Origin: Tubiluchus corallicola
Lineage: Eukaryota > Animalia > Priapulida
Length of the DNA stretch: 64,000 nucleotides
Direction: 5' to 3'
Assembly: GCA_030141605.1 (NCBI GenBank)
Contig: JAQGDQ010000600.1
Coordinates: 67,768 to 131,767, forward strand
Shown here: positions 1-19,936 of the stretch, in pieces
How positions within the stretch are numbered: position 1 is the first letter of the stretch
How the letters are laid out: each line of letters starts with the position of its first letter
Translations under genes and position numbers: made by a program
Notes under the pieces: generated by a model
Seen by the model: only the letters and a program-made list of their open reading frames with translations
What the model was told of the DNA's origin: nothing
Databases searched by the model: none

Positions 1-187
1 CAGTAATGCATGTCAGTGGGATGAACTGAACGATGATACGCCTGGATGGACAGTCAATATACCCGGATGGATGGTTGTTTCCAAGGTAAGTCGCAGCGGC
101 CACGTCAGCAGGTAATTATTATTCCATCACAGGCAGGTAAAACTGGGGGTTTAGACAGGTAGGACTGGAGGTAGAGCCAAGCTAGCG

Positions 188-275
188 TATAAAACTAGTT
201 GCTGTTTGGTGTTGAAAGTGAAAGTCGTTAGTGCAAGAAACAGCCAAGCATTAAAGCTACTGCTAGAACAACAAG
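188..275 (+). promoter_or_regulatory. TATA box and probable non-coding first exon of the acidic-protein gene
   Basis: TATAAAA at 188-194 and a donor CAAG|GTGAGA at 275/276. Splicing to the acceptor at 1608 puts AAG directly before the ATG (A at -3). The start site is inferred only. Confidence 0.5.
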
Positions 276-531
276 GTGAGAAAGTTTATCACTATTTTAT
301 CAGAAGTGCATTTGATAGAAAAACTTACAAACTGTTTGAGAGCAAAGTTAATTACGTCAAAGATAATTACTGTTTGATACAAAATCTTCCTGAACAACAT
401 TTCTGTTTTATTTCTACAGCAAGTTATCAGACGTCAATTTATTTCAGTAATTGTAAATTACAAAAGTAAATTAACTGCATGAACTGCCCTTTTTTATTAA
501 TTTATTTGTAAGCTGTGCAAATGATTAAGCT

Positions 532-579
532 CGTGGTTGTTATTATTATTATTATTATTGTTGTTACTATTATTATTAC

Positions 580-613
<34 letters not shown>

Positions 614-730
614 GTTGTTGTTGTTGTTGTTGTTATTATTATTATTATTATTGTTGTTGTTGTTGTTGTTATTATTGTTATTATTATCATTACTATTATT
701 TATTATTATTGTTATTATTATTATTATTAT
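532..730. repeat. (TTA)n/(TTG)n microsatellite
   Basis: Direct reading; it explains the poly-I/V/L ORFs. Confidence 0.95.
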
Positions 731-1020
731 AAACTTTTACTTTGAATGAATTTTCTGATAAAACGTTTTGTAATAATAATTATAACTGCAATTCATGCAT
801 TTTATTTAATTATATACTATATAATTACTGAAATAAATTGACTAATACTGTTAGGAGTGATTTCTTTTTAAGTTTCACTGAAGCACTTACGACTAACCAG
901 TGATATCGTAATACTATAACAATAGCAAAAAAAGCGCATATGTTATTGACTGTGATAAAGCCAGAAAAAGCCTATCTTTCGTTCTCCCTACTTTACATTG
1001 AACACAGTCATGCTATAACA

Positions 1021-1060
<40 letters not shown>

Positions 1061-1608
1061 TAATATGTCAAAATTTGTGATCTATTACTATTATTACTAT
1101 AACATTATCATACGATCATAGTCTGTAGTACTTTATTATAAGCGAACTATTTTCATTCATAAAATTTATTTCTTGAAAAGGACATCAGTTCACAATGGTT
1201 CTTCTTTTTAGGTCACAGACGTCACCACTTTGTACACTTTGTACACAATAAGACCGTTTCCAGCGACTTTGTCGCCCCCTACTAAAATTATTCTTGAACT
1301 AAGAAAGCGCAAAGTTCTTTAAAATAAAACAAAAATAAAATATCTATCTATCTATTTATTTTGCTTATATATATATACACACATGCAAACATTAACACAA
1401 ACATACATACAAATTGTTATTACATTGAAAAAAATTATAAACTAAACGAGTTACTAAACTATCTATCTATATATATAGCAAAATAACATCAAGGTTAAAT
1501 TCTGAATTGTGAGAAAACAGTTTAAATGCAAATATGAGGTTATAAAAAACATTTAAGTATTTATGAACTTTCTATGCTATTCTAAAAATCAAATCTTACG
1601 CTTTTCAG

Positions 1609-4099
1609 ATGAGGCTGTTAACTATTGGATTACTAGTGGCTCTCCTAGCGGTGGGTATATTTAGTTAATATTTTATACAACCTCGTGCTATAACAAATTA
1701 TACTATAATGTGCTATAGTTATGTACTTAGTCAGGTAATAAGTACTGAATAGGAATTTTAATTCAACGATGTTTTTTGCCTACACAAGGTCGTTTTGAAT
1801 CAGTATGCTTATTTTGTATGTCTGATAGAGTTGACAGCAGCCATGAACCATACATTATTGCTTGTAAAATGACTATTTCATATTCTAGTTTATAGAGTTA
1901 CCTTGTAAAATTATACTTCTTGTTTTAACTTTTAAAAATATTTTTTGTTTCAAATCAATAATTCTTCACAACTAAATCCTTTGAACTTATGATTAAAATT
2001 TTAGTTATTAACCATCTGAATCTCCCCCCCCCCCGTGTATTTCATGATTTGTTAGAGCCGCTCCTTAAGAAAGTGTGTGTTGTCCCATAGAATCTTGGGC
2101 TAGCTACTAGCTTAGGGGTCGTAGTGTGTGCTTTGAAACTGAAGTTAAACATCAGTGAGTAAAGATTGGTCAGTAAATGGATGCGCTATCGCCGGGAAAA
2201 TTGAAACTAAGCATTTCTGTTTTTGGAAAGCGTCCGAGTGTTCTGTCTGCACAGCCACAGTGGCCTAGTATTAAATACCATCAGTAATAAACAGGTCACT
2301 GTAGAATATGAAAAACTATGTTCTTCTTTAGTTTTGAATATTGAATTGTACAGGATAAAGTCAACAGGAAGTCTGGCCTCTCATTTCAGCAATGGATTTT
2401 GAACAGAGTTCATAACTGGTTTTATTTTATTACAAACGGCGTACGACAACTCACTCTCCTTCTTTGGTTAAGCCCTTTTTTGACCTTTAACATCTTTATG
2501 GCTGTTGAGCTGCTCCGTCTGCAGGAAACAGTTTTACTTGTTTAGGCCTAATATTATAGAACATCAAATTAATTAAGGAATAGCATCTTTAATGAACATT
2601 TAATTAATGATTCCTCATAAAAATAATGGAAATTTATGTAGCTGCACTGGACAAAGACGCTGATTATAATTAAAAATGAGGGGAAAGAAGGAAAGGAAAT
2701 CTACATTGCGCGTTTATACAAAATCAACCTGTTCACATAAACTAAACACAATCATTGATTCATTATAGTAATTGATATTTCTATACATTAACTCTTTTAC
2801 TTCTAGTTTATAAGACAGATCATCTCTACATTAAAAGAAATGGGAAATTTGTTAATCCTATAGCGACCCAAATTATAACAAGCCTATTGTGTATGTACTG
2901 TTTATGTGTTAATATTTTATGTATGTAAAATGCGTTTGTCCGTTTTTAATGTTAATGCATTTTAAATATTCATTAAATTATTATTCATTATTAACTATGT
3001 CGTAGTGCGCGTTGGCTTACAATCTCGTCCAGGCAACGTGTCTAGCCCGCGCCAAACCAGTTCAGCAAGAACCACAGCAAGCTACAGAGAGACCGGGTGG
3101 TATAATTCAGTAGTAGAATGCTCGTTACCTCTTTGAAGGGTCGCCGGTTCAATTCCCGACCAAATCATTCCTAATACTTACAAAAAGGAACCGCCGGTTC
3201 TTCAACCAAGCAAGCAAGGTTTACGGAAGTAACATGTGGATAATAATAGTAATATAGTCCACATTTGAAACAAGCATTGAGTTACTTAAGGTGTTGTCCG
3301 TGGACTAGGTCCTAAACCAAATTATTATGCTGTTTATATTGATATAAGCGTTAACAGACACTATCCAGATTTGAACCGTCCAAAAACTACCATCTATTGC
3401 CAACGCATTACCATTAAATTTACACTGAATAGTTTTGTATGATGTTCCCAAGTCGTTACAACCTGTACAGAAGTGCCCACACCAGCTGCATTGATTGGTC
3501 TCCTGAACTGACTTGTCGTAGGCCATGTGGTCAAGGTGAACAAGAGCCTGTCACGACACACTGATACGTCACTGTGCGCATGACCTTTCTGGCTTTGCTG
3601 CAGCCGATACTCAGGGACCAAAGCTGTAGTCTTTATATATCGTGTACAGCCCCAGGCTGTGTAATTCTTACAGGATATGTTTGACTCTCACGGTCAGATG
3701 CATCCTTGCTATCCAACCATTATAAAATCATGCTTTGCTGTCATTTGTCAACTTGTTGTTAAACCACGCCCACATTTTCGTCAAGAAATTGAGCATCATT
3801 CGTCTATCACTTTTACGAGCAGCAATTTTAAATCTGCGTCGTAATACATCGAAAAACACATTATTTTTTCAGTTGACAACAATGTTGTTGCCACAATGAT
3901 CATTCTTGTCCTCTTTGCTGTTGTCGTCATCATTATCATCGTCGTCCTTGTCCTTGTAGTCGTCGTTCTCGTTGCTATTGCTAATCAACATTTGCTGATG
4001 TTGACAATGTATCACTGGCTATAATAGTAGCAGTCATGGCTGTTGCTACTGTTGTCATCACTGTCGTTATTGTTGTTCTAGTTGTTGTTGTCGTCGTCG

Positions 4100-4145
<46 letters not shown>

Positions 4146-6127
4146 TGTTATTGTTGTTGTTGTTGTTGCTGCTGCTGTTGATGATGATGCTGTTTTCCTG
4201 CTGTTTTTATTATCACTGTCTTTGTAATTGTTGTCGTTGTCATTATAATTTATTATTATTTTTTCATACTAAAATAAATGCATTTCCTTGATGTCTGTTT
4301 GTTGTTTCTTCCGTTTTACAATGTTGCGTTTCTACATTCATTTTAAAACAGGTAAAACTTCTCTGTGCGTTTCTGGGATTAGTTCAAACAAACTGGGATA
4401 AACGGGTTCACTGCCTACAGTTCGTGTTTAATCAAAGATCACTGAACCTCCAGACTTGTCCAACAAACAAACCAGAATAAACGATGAAAACTTTTGCGAT
4501 TACATTCCGCTCAATGAATTAAAATTGGCAGTCTCGATCAAACTTTTGCGCTTTCCGCATGGCCGATCTTAAAATAATTGTATTCTAATTGGAATGTATA
4601 CAGCAGTTACTGCAGTTGGACAGGTTGTAGTCGGAATTTATAACTAATATAAAATATGGTTTATTACCTGAAGTTGGTTGGAAAATTTATTCCGTATCCT
4701 GCCAAAATCTTATATTAAAGGAAACTCAAAGCTTCTGGAAAGTTAGGTTTATTTATACGTTGGCGAAATTTTTTGAAGGACAGTAACAAAAGCGTGATAA
4801 GCGCTTCGTTTAATTAGTAAAGTCACTTTAAAGACGCAATCATTTCACGCTTGAGTGCTACCATTTTGAACGACCATTATTCCACCAATGACGTCGTTAA
4901 CGAACAGTCAATTTCCGTCAAAAGCACAAAAATTTTGCAAAATCATTAAATAGCTAATTTTGTGATATTTTGTATGAACATTAAGCAAGTTACAGAAGTT
5001 CGAACTGTTAAGTTACGTCATAATTTTCAAGTGAATGGCGGCTACCACCACGCCTGAAAATTTCTATACTACAGTAGTATAAATTAACTTTCTATACTTT
5101 TTTGCAAATCTTTTTGTTGTATTTTTCTAAGTTGTAGTGGTAAGAGTAGAATAAACCGAACATACCAAGTGACTTGTTCTTTCCTTTAACGTTTTTCTTT
5201 GTAGATGGAATGGAATTTGAATTTCCGACCAGGTGTTGCTAAATGTTACTTTTTTTGAACCTGACAGCTAAAAGTAAAAATTAATTAGAAAATCGTTTTT
5301 TCTTGCAGTTAGCTGCGTCCTATCCTGTGGACCAAGAAGCTCCTTCTGACTTAGGCGAAGTAGAATTAGGGACAGAAGATCAAGAAACGCCCGTAGATTT
5401 ACCAGAAGAGGAAACGGAAGATGAAACGGATGAATTTCCCGTAGAAGAACAAGAAGAAGAACAACTGGAAGAACCTGCAGTTGATGATGATGAAGAAGAA
5501 GAGCAAGAACTTACAGAAGACGAAACCATTGAAAACGAGCTGGTTCCAGTTGAACTGCTGCAACCAGAAGCAGATGTAAGAACAATTGACGATGACGATG
5601 AATACGAAGAAACTTGGCCCATTCCTTACGACTGGTATAACGATTATGAAGACGAGTATGAAGATGATGAAGAGAATGAAGATAACGAACTAACCAGTTA
5701 TGATGACGAAGAAGATCTTTATGAAGATGAAGATGAAGATGATGACATTGAGGATGAGGATGACGAAGACTTTGACGATGAAGATGACTTTGACGACGAC
5801 GATGAAGATGACTTTGACGAAGGCGATGACCAAGCGCTCGACGAAGACGATTTTGACGAGGATGAATTCGAAGATGAAGATGCGGAAGATGTTGAAAATG
5901 ATGAAGATGAATTTGAAGACGAGAACCAAGAAGACTTCGACGAAGATGACGAAGATTTTGAAGACGACGATGAAGAACTCGACTACGAGCCATTTGAAGA
6001 ACAATATGATGATGATGAAAATGACGAGGAGTTTGATGAGACTGAACCAGTAGGAGATGACTTTAAGAACTACTGGTATGACAAAACGTATGGAAAGGAA
6101 GATGATTTTGACTCAAAATACTATTAA
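1609..6127 (+). CDS. Secreted highly acidic Asp/Glu-rich protein (~286 aa), two coding exons
   Basis: join(1609..1650,5309..6127). Exon 1 follows ttttcag and encodes MRLLTIGLLVALLA with a phase-0 donor GTGGGT. Exon 2 follows ttcttgcag in phase 0 (LAASYPVDQE...DSKYY*). The join gives a signal peptide (AAS/YP). Asp/Glu codons are mixed rather than a pure triplet repeat. AATAAA at 6485-6490. Confidence 0.85.
3094..3215 (+). mobile_element. tRNA-derived SINE head (degenerate)
   Basis: A-box-like TATAATTCAGTAGTAGA and B-box GGTTCAATTCCC; no intact cloverleaf. Confidence 0.5.
4036..4190. repeat. (GTC)n/(GTT)n microsatellite
   Basis: Direct reading. Confidence 0.9.
4719..5185. mobile_element. Kolobok-like non-autonomous DNA transposon
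   Basis: TTAA|AGGAAA ... TTTCCT|TTAA termini; the interior matches 24029-24805 in opposite orientation. Confidence 0.6.
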
Positions 6128-6583
6128 ATATTGTCAACTGCAGGTAAATTAAGTGACAAATCATTTTTGTCGAATAGTTGGCAGTTCTTTGACCGTTTTG
6201 TAATTGTTTTTTCTAATGGAAAGTCTGATGAACATAAAGCAGACATACAAGAAACTTAAATGATAATTTTGATTTACTGTTCAATTTTCATTTCAAAGAT
6301 TTATTTCAACATTCTATCCTTAAAACGTTCCTTTTATCCTCGTTCAATGATACGAAAACAGAAAGTCAGCTAAACCGGATGTGCGGGGCAGTTTCCGGTT
6401 TTTCCTTTCATTAGTTCGTTGTATGTTTTTGTATATAAGAGAAGAAGTCATTGTTCTTAGCAGCACAGTAGATTTTTTATATAAAATAAACTGTTTGTAG
6501 TATGCAAACGTCGTAAGCTTTTTGCTCTCTGTAATTAGATTATTCTGGTTTCGACTAGCAATACGCAATACAGTAGCATTAGC

Positions 6584-7029
6584 TTGTTGCTGTTGCTGCT
6601 GCTGCTGCTGTTGCTGTTGTTTTTGCTTTTGTTGTTGTTGTTATTGTTGTTGTTGTTGCTGTTGCTGCTGTTGCTGTTGCCGATGCTTCTGCTGCTGGTG
6701 TTGCTCCTGCTGCCGCTGCCCTGCTGCTGTTGTTGCTGCTGCTGTTGTTGTTGTTGCTGTTGTTGTTGCTGTTGTTGTTGCTGTTGTTTTTGCTTTTGTT
6801 GTTGTTGTTATTGTTGTTGCTGTTGCTGCTGCTGCTGTTGCTGCTGTTGCTGTTGCCGTTGCCGATGCTTCTGCTGCTGGTGTTGCTCCTGCTGCCGCTG
6901 CCCTGCTGCTCCTCCTGCTGCTGTTGTTGCTGTTGCTGCTGTTTTTGTTGTTGTTTTTGCTGTTGCTGTTGTTGTTGCTGCTGTTGTTGCTGTTATTTTT
7001 GCTTTTGTTATTGTTGTTATTGTTGTTGT

Positions 7030-7062
<33 letters not shown>

Positions 7063-7232
7063 CGATGCTTCTGCTGCTAGTGTTGCTCCTACTGCCGCTG
7101 CCCTGCTGCTCCTCCTGCTGCTGTTGCTGTTGTTGCTGTTGTTGCTGCTGTTGCTGCTGTTGTTGTTGTTGTTGTTTTTGCTGTTGCTGTTGTTGTTGCT
7201 GTTGTTGTTGCTGTTGTTGCTGCTGTTGTTTT
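6584..7232. repeat. Compound (TGC/TGT)n trinucleotide array with higher-order internal duplications
   Basis: The block GCCGATGCTTCTGCTGCT(G/A)GTGTTGCTCCT(G/A)CTGCCGCTGCCCTG recurs three times within the triplet array. Confidence 0.95.
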
Positions 7233-7530
7233 TGTTCTCTTCGTCGTTCAATTAATTCATTCACTCAGCCATTCATTCGTTGTTAAATGTTTACAATGTG
7301 TACAAAAATGATATCATAGTTTAGTTGGCTATTATGTCATTTTGCAAAAACTAATATTCTTAGCAATGACGTCAATAATTATCTAACAAACATCTGGCAA
7401 CTACAAACAAACTGCAGTACAACTTAGACGAGTACAGATCAATTTCTTTTAGACTAATACAGTAAATGTTACACTGCATATATATATATAACGGGATATA
7501 ACGGCATATATATATATATATATATATATA

Positions 7531-7580
<50 letters not shown>

Positions 7581-7975
7581 CAATATACAGTATATATATA
7601 TATATAATCATTTTAATAGTATACTGACGCAAAGTGAGTCGATGTGTTGTGCATATGGTTACCTCTTTTGCTTCTGTTGTTTTGTAGAAGAAACTTTACA
7701 AATTTCTTGAAGAAAAATTAACTAAAAAAGCCCTAATTTTGAACCCTGCGGCAGTTGTAACAATAGCCATATTAGAGTGAGTAACAGCAGGCAGAGATTC
7801 CCGGACTTTATACAGTTAATGAATACCTGACTCGGCGAAGATCCCCCACCAAAAATCAATAATTTCTAAAACCGAGACTCCGATTCGGTTAGAGCATTTA
7901 ATTAGCACAGAGAGCGTTTGTTGGGACATGAAGTCAGACATTCCAACATTCTAGATTTTAATGGTAACCTCACTT

Positions 7976-8045
7976 TAACCTAACCACTGGGGGGGGGGCA
8001 AGCCAGCCCAACTCAGTGCCAGTCCCAAACCCGGATAAATAGGGT
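7976..8045 (+). ncRNA. Degenerate twister ribozyme at the 5' end of RTE copy 1
   Basis: T|AA-CCTA-ac-CACTG..CAGTG-CCaG-TCCC-AA-aC-CCGG-ATAAA-TAGG. T2 and P4 are mutated and the GAGGG segment is deleted. Confidence 0.55.
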
Positions 8046-8461
8046 CAGGAAGGGCATCCGCCTGTAAAAACTGCGCCAAAACCTTCTATAAATGAGTCGG
8101 TGAGACTTAAAGATAAAGTCCGCAAAGAAGTGGTCAGACCTGCTCTAATCTATGGGCTGGAAGCAGCTTCTCTAAAGAAGACCGAAGAGAAGAAAATGGG
8201 TGTGGTGGAGATGAGGATGTTGAGATGGATGGTGGGAATAACAAGAAGAGATAAAATTAGAAATAACAATATCAGAGGAACAATAAAAGTAGTGGAAGTC
8301 TCGCAAGATTGTGATGGTATGGACACCTGAAAAGAAGAGTCGGTGAAGATCATGTGGGAAGGGAAGACATAAATGAAGAGATGGTCAACAACAGGAATGC
8401 GTGGAGAAGACTCATTCACAACGGCGACCCCGCAGAGGGAAAAGCTGGGAAGAAGAAGAAG
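7977..8461 (+). mobile_element. Non-autonomous RTE-clade retroelement (5' UTR + 3' ORF remnant + (GAA)n tail), copy 1
   Basis: RTE C-terminal peptide VVRPALIYGLE...EMRMLRWMVGITRRDKIRN and a GAAGAAGAAG tail. 15-bp TSD ATGGTAACCTC(A/C)CTT at 7961-7975 and 8463-8477. Confidence 0.85.
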
Positions 8462-9344
8462 CATGGTAACCTCCCTTGCTCCCAATTTTGCAGTGATGCT
8501 CTTGATTTTCCACCAATTGTTACTTCCACCTAAAAATAAACTGCGATCACAGTGAGCTAGAAGATACTATCAAGTAATCCATCAAACAATGTTATGAAGA
8601 AATGTAAGTGCTAACAGATTGCTTCTTTGGAAGAATAAACAAGGTAGAATGCAGGTAAGTGATTCATATCACATGCAATTTATTTTCTAAGCCAGAAGTA
8701 ATACAACACAGTGTTCTCTCTAAAGTTCTGCCAAGTCAACTGAACAGGTAAAACTTTTCCATGAAGTGAAAGGAAGCCAGCAATTGATTAAAGGTAAAAG
8801 TTATGCATACTAGTTCAAGGTTCTGTACAATGATGAAAGTTTAAACTGTATACAGAGAAATAAAACGGGTTTGTAGCTGAAATTTAATAACTTCTTGTAC
8901 GATGAGATACGATATTTGATATTTTAGATATAATATGATATTTTAGCAAGAGAATGTAATAATATGACTACCCAAAGGATGTATACATGTTTAATTACAA
9001 CAAACTAATAATTAATTAAACAAAATGAAGGAATCGTGAGCTTCGCGACACTCCGACCAGGAAGACGAAAATAACATTAACCTTCTGACTAGTGGACTAT
9101 AAAGCCTTTGAAGCCATTTAACTTTCACAAGAAATAATTGTTATCATTTCTTAATCATTTTTAATTAGCATCTAACATTTTAAGTATGAAAATGGCGTCA
9201 CCAAGCCGTTTGGGCGCCGTGAATCCACGAGTAAAACAAAACGAATCATACAACAGCAATACGAAACACTTGGTAAAATTCATAATATATTGTGTCGTAT
9301 CGCATCACAGTGTTCCGCACCGTGCCGCATTTTACTCTACCATG

Positions 9345-9617
9345 CCATATCATACCATACCATATCATATCATATCATATCATATCATCATATCATATCA
9401 TATCATATCATATCATATCATATCATATCATTTCATATCATCATATCATATCATATCATATCATCATATCATATCATATCATATCATATCATATCATATC
9501 ATATCATATCATATCATATCATATCATATCATATCATATCATATCATATCATATCATATCATATCATATCATATCATCATATCATATCATATCATATGAT
9601 ATCATATCATATCATAT
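9345..9617. repeat. (ATATC)n pentanucleotide microsatellite
   Basis: Direct reading. Confidence 0.95.
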
Positions 9618-9950
9618 AATATCAAAACAGCACAGTAGAGCTTTTGTACGAAACAGGAACAGGTATCTCTAAAATGAACTGAAAGGGAAATTAATCGTTT
9701 ATTTTTGTCGTTGTCCTCTGCTGCCGCTGCCACCGCTGCCGCCGCTGCTGTCGCTGTCGTTATTGCAGTTTATTTGTTTATTAGATCTATACAATTATTA
9801 TGCTTTTGCAAAATCAGTTTTGCTCGTCTGGCAAATTTATTTTATTAATTATCTGTCGTGTTTCTAGCAAATACAGCAACTCATTATGGAAGTGAAGAAG
9901 AGTATTCTTGCGCCATATAATTTGCTAATCCTTTTATAAACTAGAATAAA

Positions 9951-17490
<7,540 letters not shown>

Positions 17491-19037
17491 GGCAGTATGT
17501 TGTTCAGTCTCGCTTTGAACACGTACAAGAGTCTGAAATAGGCATGCACCTCATAAGCTAAAAACTTTATTAAGCCAATCATTTTCACTTAATTTACCAC
17601 AATAAAATTAAATTAATTTAAATATCAAGGTGACTTTTGAGACAATGAAATGAGGTACGGAATTAATTAAATTTATTATATTAATCGTGGCAAAAAGCAA
17701 GTATCTCGTCTTTTTCATCAGTCCTGGTGCTAAATTTGAGTAGAGAATTCTCAGTTTATTAATAACACAATTTCTTTTATTTCGTTATTCAATTTTCACT
17801 GTACTGTGGCGCCGCCGTCTTGTAAATATGATTACTAAGCTGAGCAAGCAGTTGGGTTAGTGTTTGTGTAAAAAATTATCCAATAAAAAATTAATGACAC
17901 TGATGGTTCATTTTTATAATTGACAGTAGTTTATAGACGAACCAATTTGCAACCTTTGTGTTTGATTATAACGAAATATTTTGCCCATTTCATCAATAAT
18001 ACATATTTTAAACTGTTTCTTAATTATTCAGGAAATGTTTGACTTTTTGCTCAAAACTTTAATCTTAATTATCTTAGCTAATTAGAAAATTATGTGAGCA
18101 ACGAGTTCGGACTAAAAATATCTGGAATTATTCAGTTCCGTTCCTAACGTCACGCTAAAAAACAATCGATTTAGATTGATGTTACGACACGAGTCTAAAC
18201 CAATAAAATAATAATAGATTTGTGACGCACATATTCAACAACAAAATGATATAAATGAAATTGAAATTACATATTACCTTGATAAATGATACCTGGGTAA
18301 TCATGCATTCAACTGAACCACCACAAGTTATTTCTCTTCAACGTGGCAACTAGTTACAAAAAGCCTAAAATTTGTTCACTTGAAAGTAAAGGTCACCTGC
18401 ACTTTATGTTTGATCAAACATGTGATTTTGTTTCGTTGTAAATAACAAAATAAGGGCAGCTTGACTAAATCGTGATAAAGGTGTCAGAAATGGGCAGTCA
18501 AGTTTCTTAGTGTGTGGTGAATGACTGCACGTGATAGATGCTTAATGTACTCACTCGCTGACTGACCAATCACCTTCTCATCACCTCAAACAATCTACCT
18601 ATTCTCACTTACTCCAATGCTCACTTCCTTGCCGAGATCACTCACGCAATTACCTGCTCCAGGAGACAGCTAGCATGCTTCACGCCTGGCCCTGGCGTCT
18701 GCACTAGCTGTCTGCAAGCACAGGTGCAAATACTGAGGTAGATACGGTAAGGTATGTATTGTCACTAATAGATGGCAGCACTTGTTGCGCTGTTAATTGC
18801 AATCATTGCACCAAGTAGGGCTAGTTAGTCTTAAAATTGTAATTCATTTATGTAGGTCGATCAGTAGGCTACTTACGTAGTTTCTTTGCTGGGTCTCGTG
18901 ATTCATCACCTAGCTTCAGAGGCATTGGCCGTGAACTAGCCTCTTTCAAGAGTTTATTTAGCCATGACACTCTCACTGTCAGTTTGGTAGTCTACAGCTC
19001 TTTGCTTATAATATGATTATTCTTCTGTGCAGCAATA

Positions 19038-19421
19038 AGGTTTTCACAATTTCATTGTGCGCACGCGTTGTTGCTGTAAATCAAAGATTAAGTGTACCTC
19101 AGGAACGTGTCTTAACTACAACCGTCACGTGACGGTTGTAAAACGAAACCATCTGCCGCATCAGTTCAGTAACTTCAGTTGTTTTACGTGGACTTTTCTT
19201 AATTATGCATTAGTTTGTGCGGAGAGTGATTTACTAGCAGGATATTGCTTGGGAACAAGAAAAAATGAACTAGGTAAGGTTCTAGCTGGCTGTTAAAACT
19301 GCTACTATTACAACAGCATGGGCTGTGAGGCGTTGTCAAGTGTACACAAATATGTTGTCTGGTGCACTTAACCTTTAGCCTTTTCACGATCATCGTCAAT
19401 CGCTGGAACTGTGAAAAGGAT
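19038..19421. mobile_element. MITE-like dispersed repeat (second copy 46800-47144)
   Basis: Shared interior GTCTTAACTACAAC..CAGTAACTTCAGTTGTTTTACGTG..AAAAAATGAACTAGGTAA; TIR TTTTCACA(A/G)TT / AACTGTGAAAA. Confidence 0.7.
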
Positions 19422-19936
19422 TATTTATCAAAAATATCGCCGTTCTAATGTAGTATAAAGCGAACATTGTAACAGCAAATGTTAAAACACTGCAAATGTG
19501 CCAAAGGTTGCCGTAATGGTTACTATCATTCCACATATTCAGCGTAATCTAGATAACTCTGTCAGCCGTTTAAACACTCCCAGACACTAAATACACAAAA
19601 CAGACGGTTCTCAAGAAAAAGTGCATTTCCTGGAAGCCGTGTTCATTTATCAAATCTTGTGTCTGTTACCAAATACCAATGCTTGCTGAATGCTAAAAAT
19701 ACACAGGCGAACGGGGAAAACCGAAAGTTACAGACAGACTGCGCAGTGTACATTGTAGCATACATTTTAAACACGGTAATTTATGTAAGTCACGTGACTA
19801 AAAGTGATGCAATTAGTGGCTTGGTAAGGCAGCATTCAGTGAAGTTCAACGCTCAAAAGTTGATAAAGTTTCATCCTGATATCTTGAAATTGTGACATTC
19901 AAATTCTGCTGTATAACACAGTTAAGGTCACTTATC

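Noticed and set aside
1-85. Possible coding exon ending at AAG|GTAAG
   Set aside because: Truncated by the window edge, with no recognisable peptide and no supported downstream partner exon.
3094-3165. Possible tRNA genes (also ~29260-29300, 54615-54640, 55390-55440)
   Set aside because: B-box-like motifs are present but no complete cloverleaf; treated as SINE relics.
3305-3660. Cys-containing minus-strand ORF with AIDGS and a nearby PGAVHD (Harbinger-like motifs)
   Set aside because: The motifs are in different frames, in the wrong order for a Harbinger transposase, and interrupted by stops; at most an unclassifiable relic.
5380-6053. Overlapping alternative-frame and antisense ORFs in the acidic exon
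   Set aside because: Shadow ORFs caused by GAN-codon bias.
6522-7286. Long poly-Cys/Leu/Gln/Ala ORFs (also at 0.5, 4.1, 9.3, 16.6, 43.0, 47.7 and 56.5 kb)
   Set aside because: They are open in several frames only because they are simple repeats; there is no splice or domain support.
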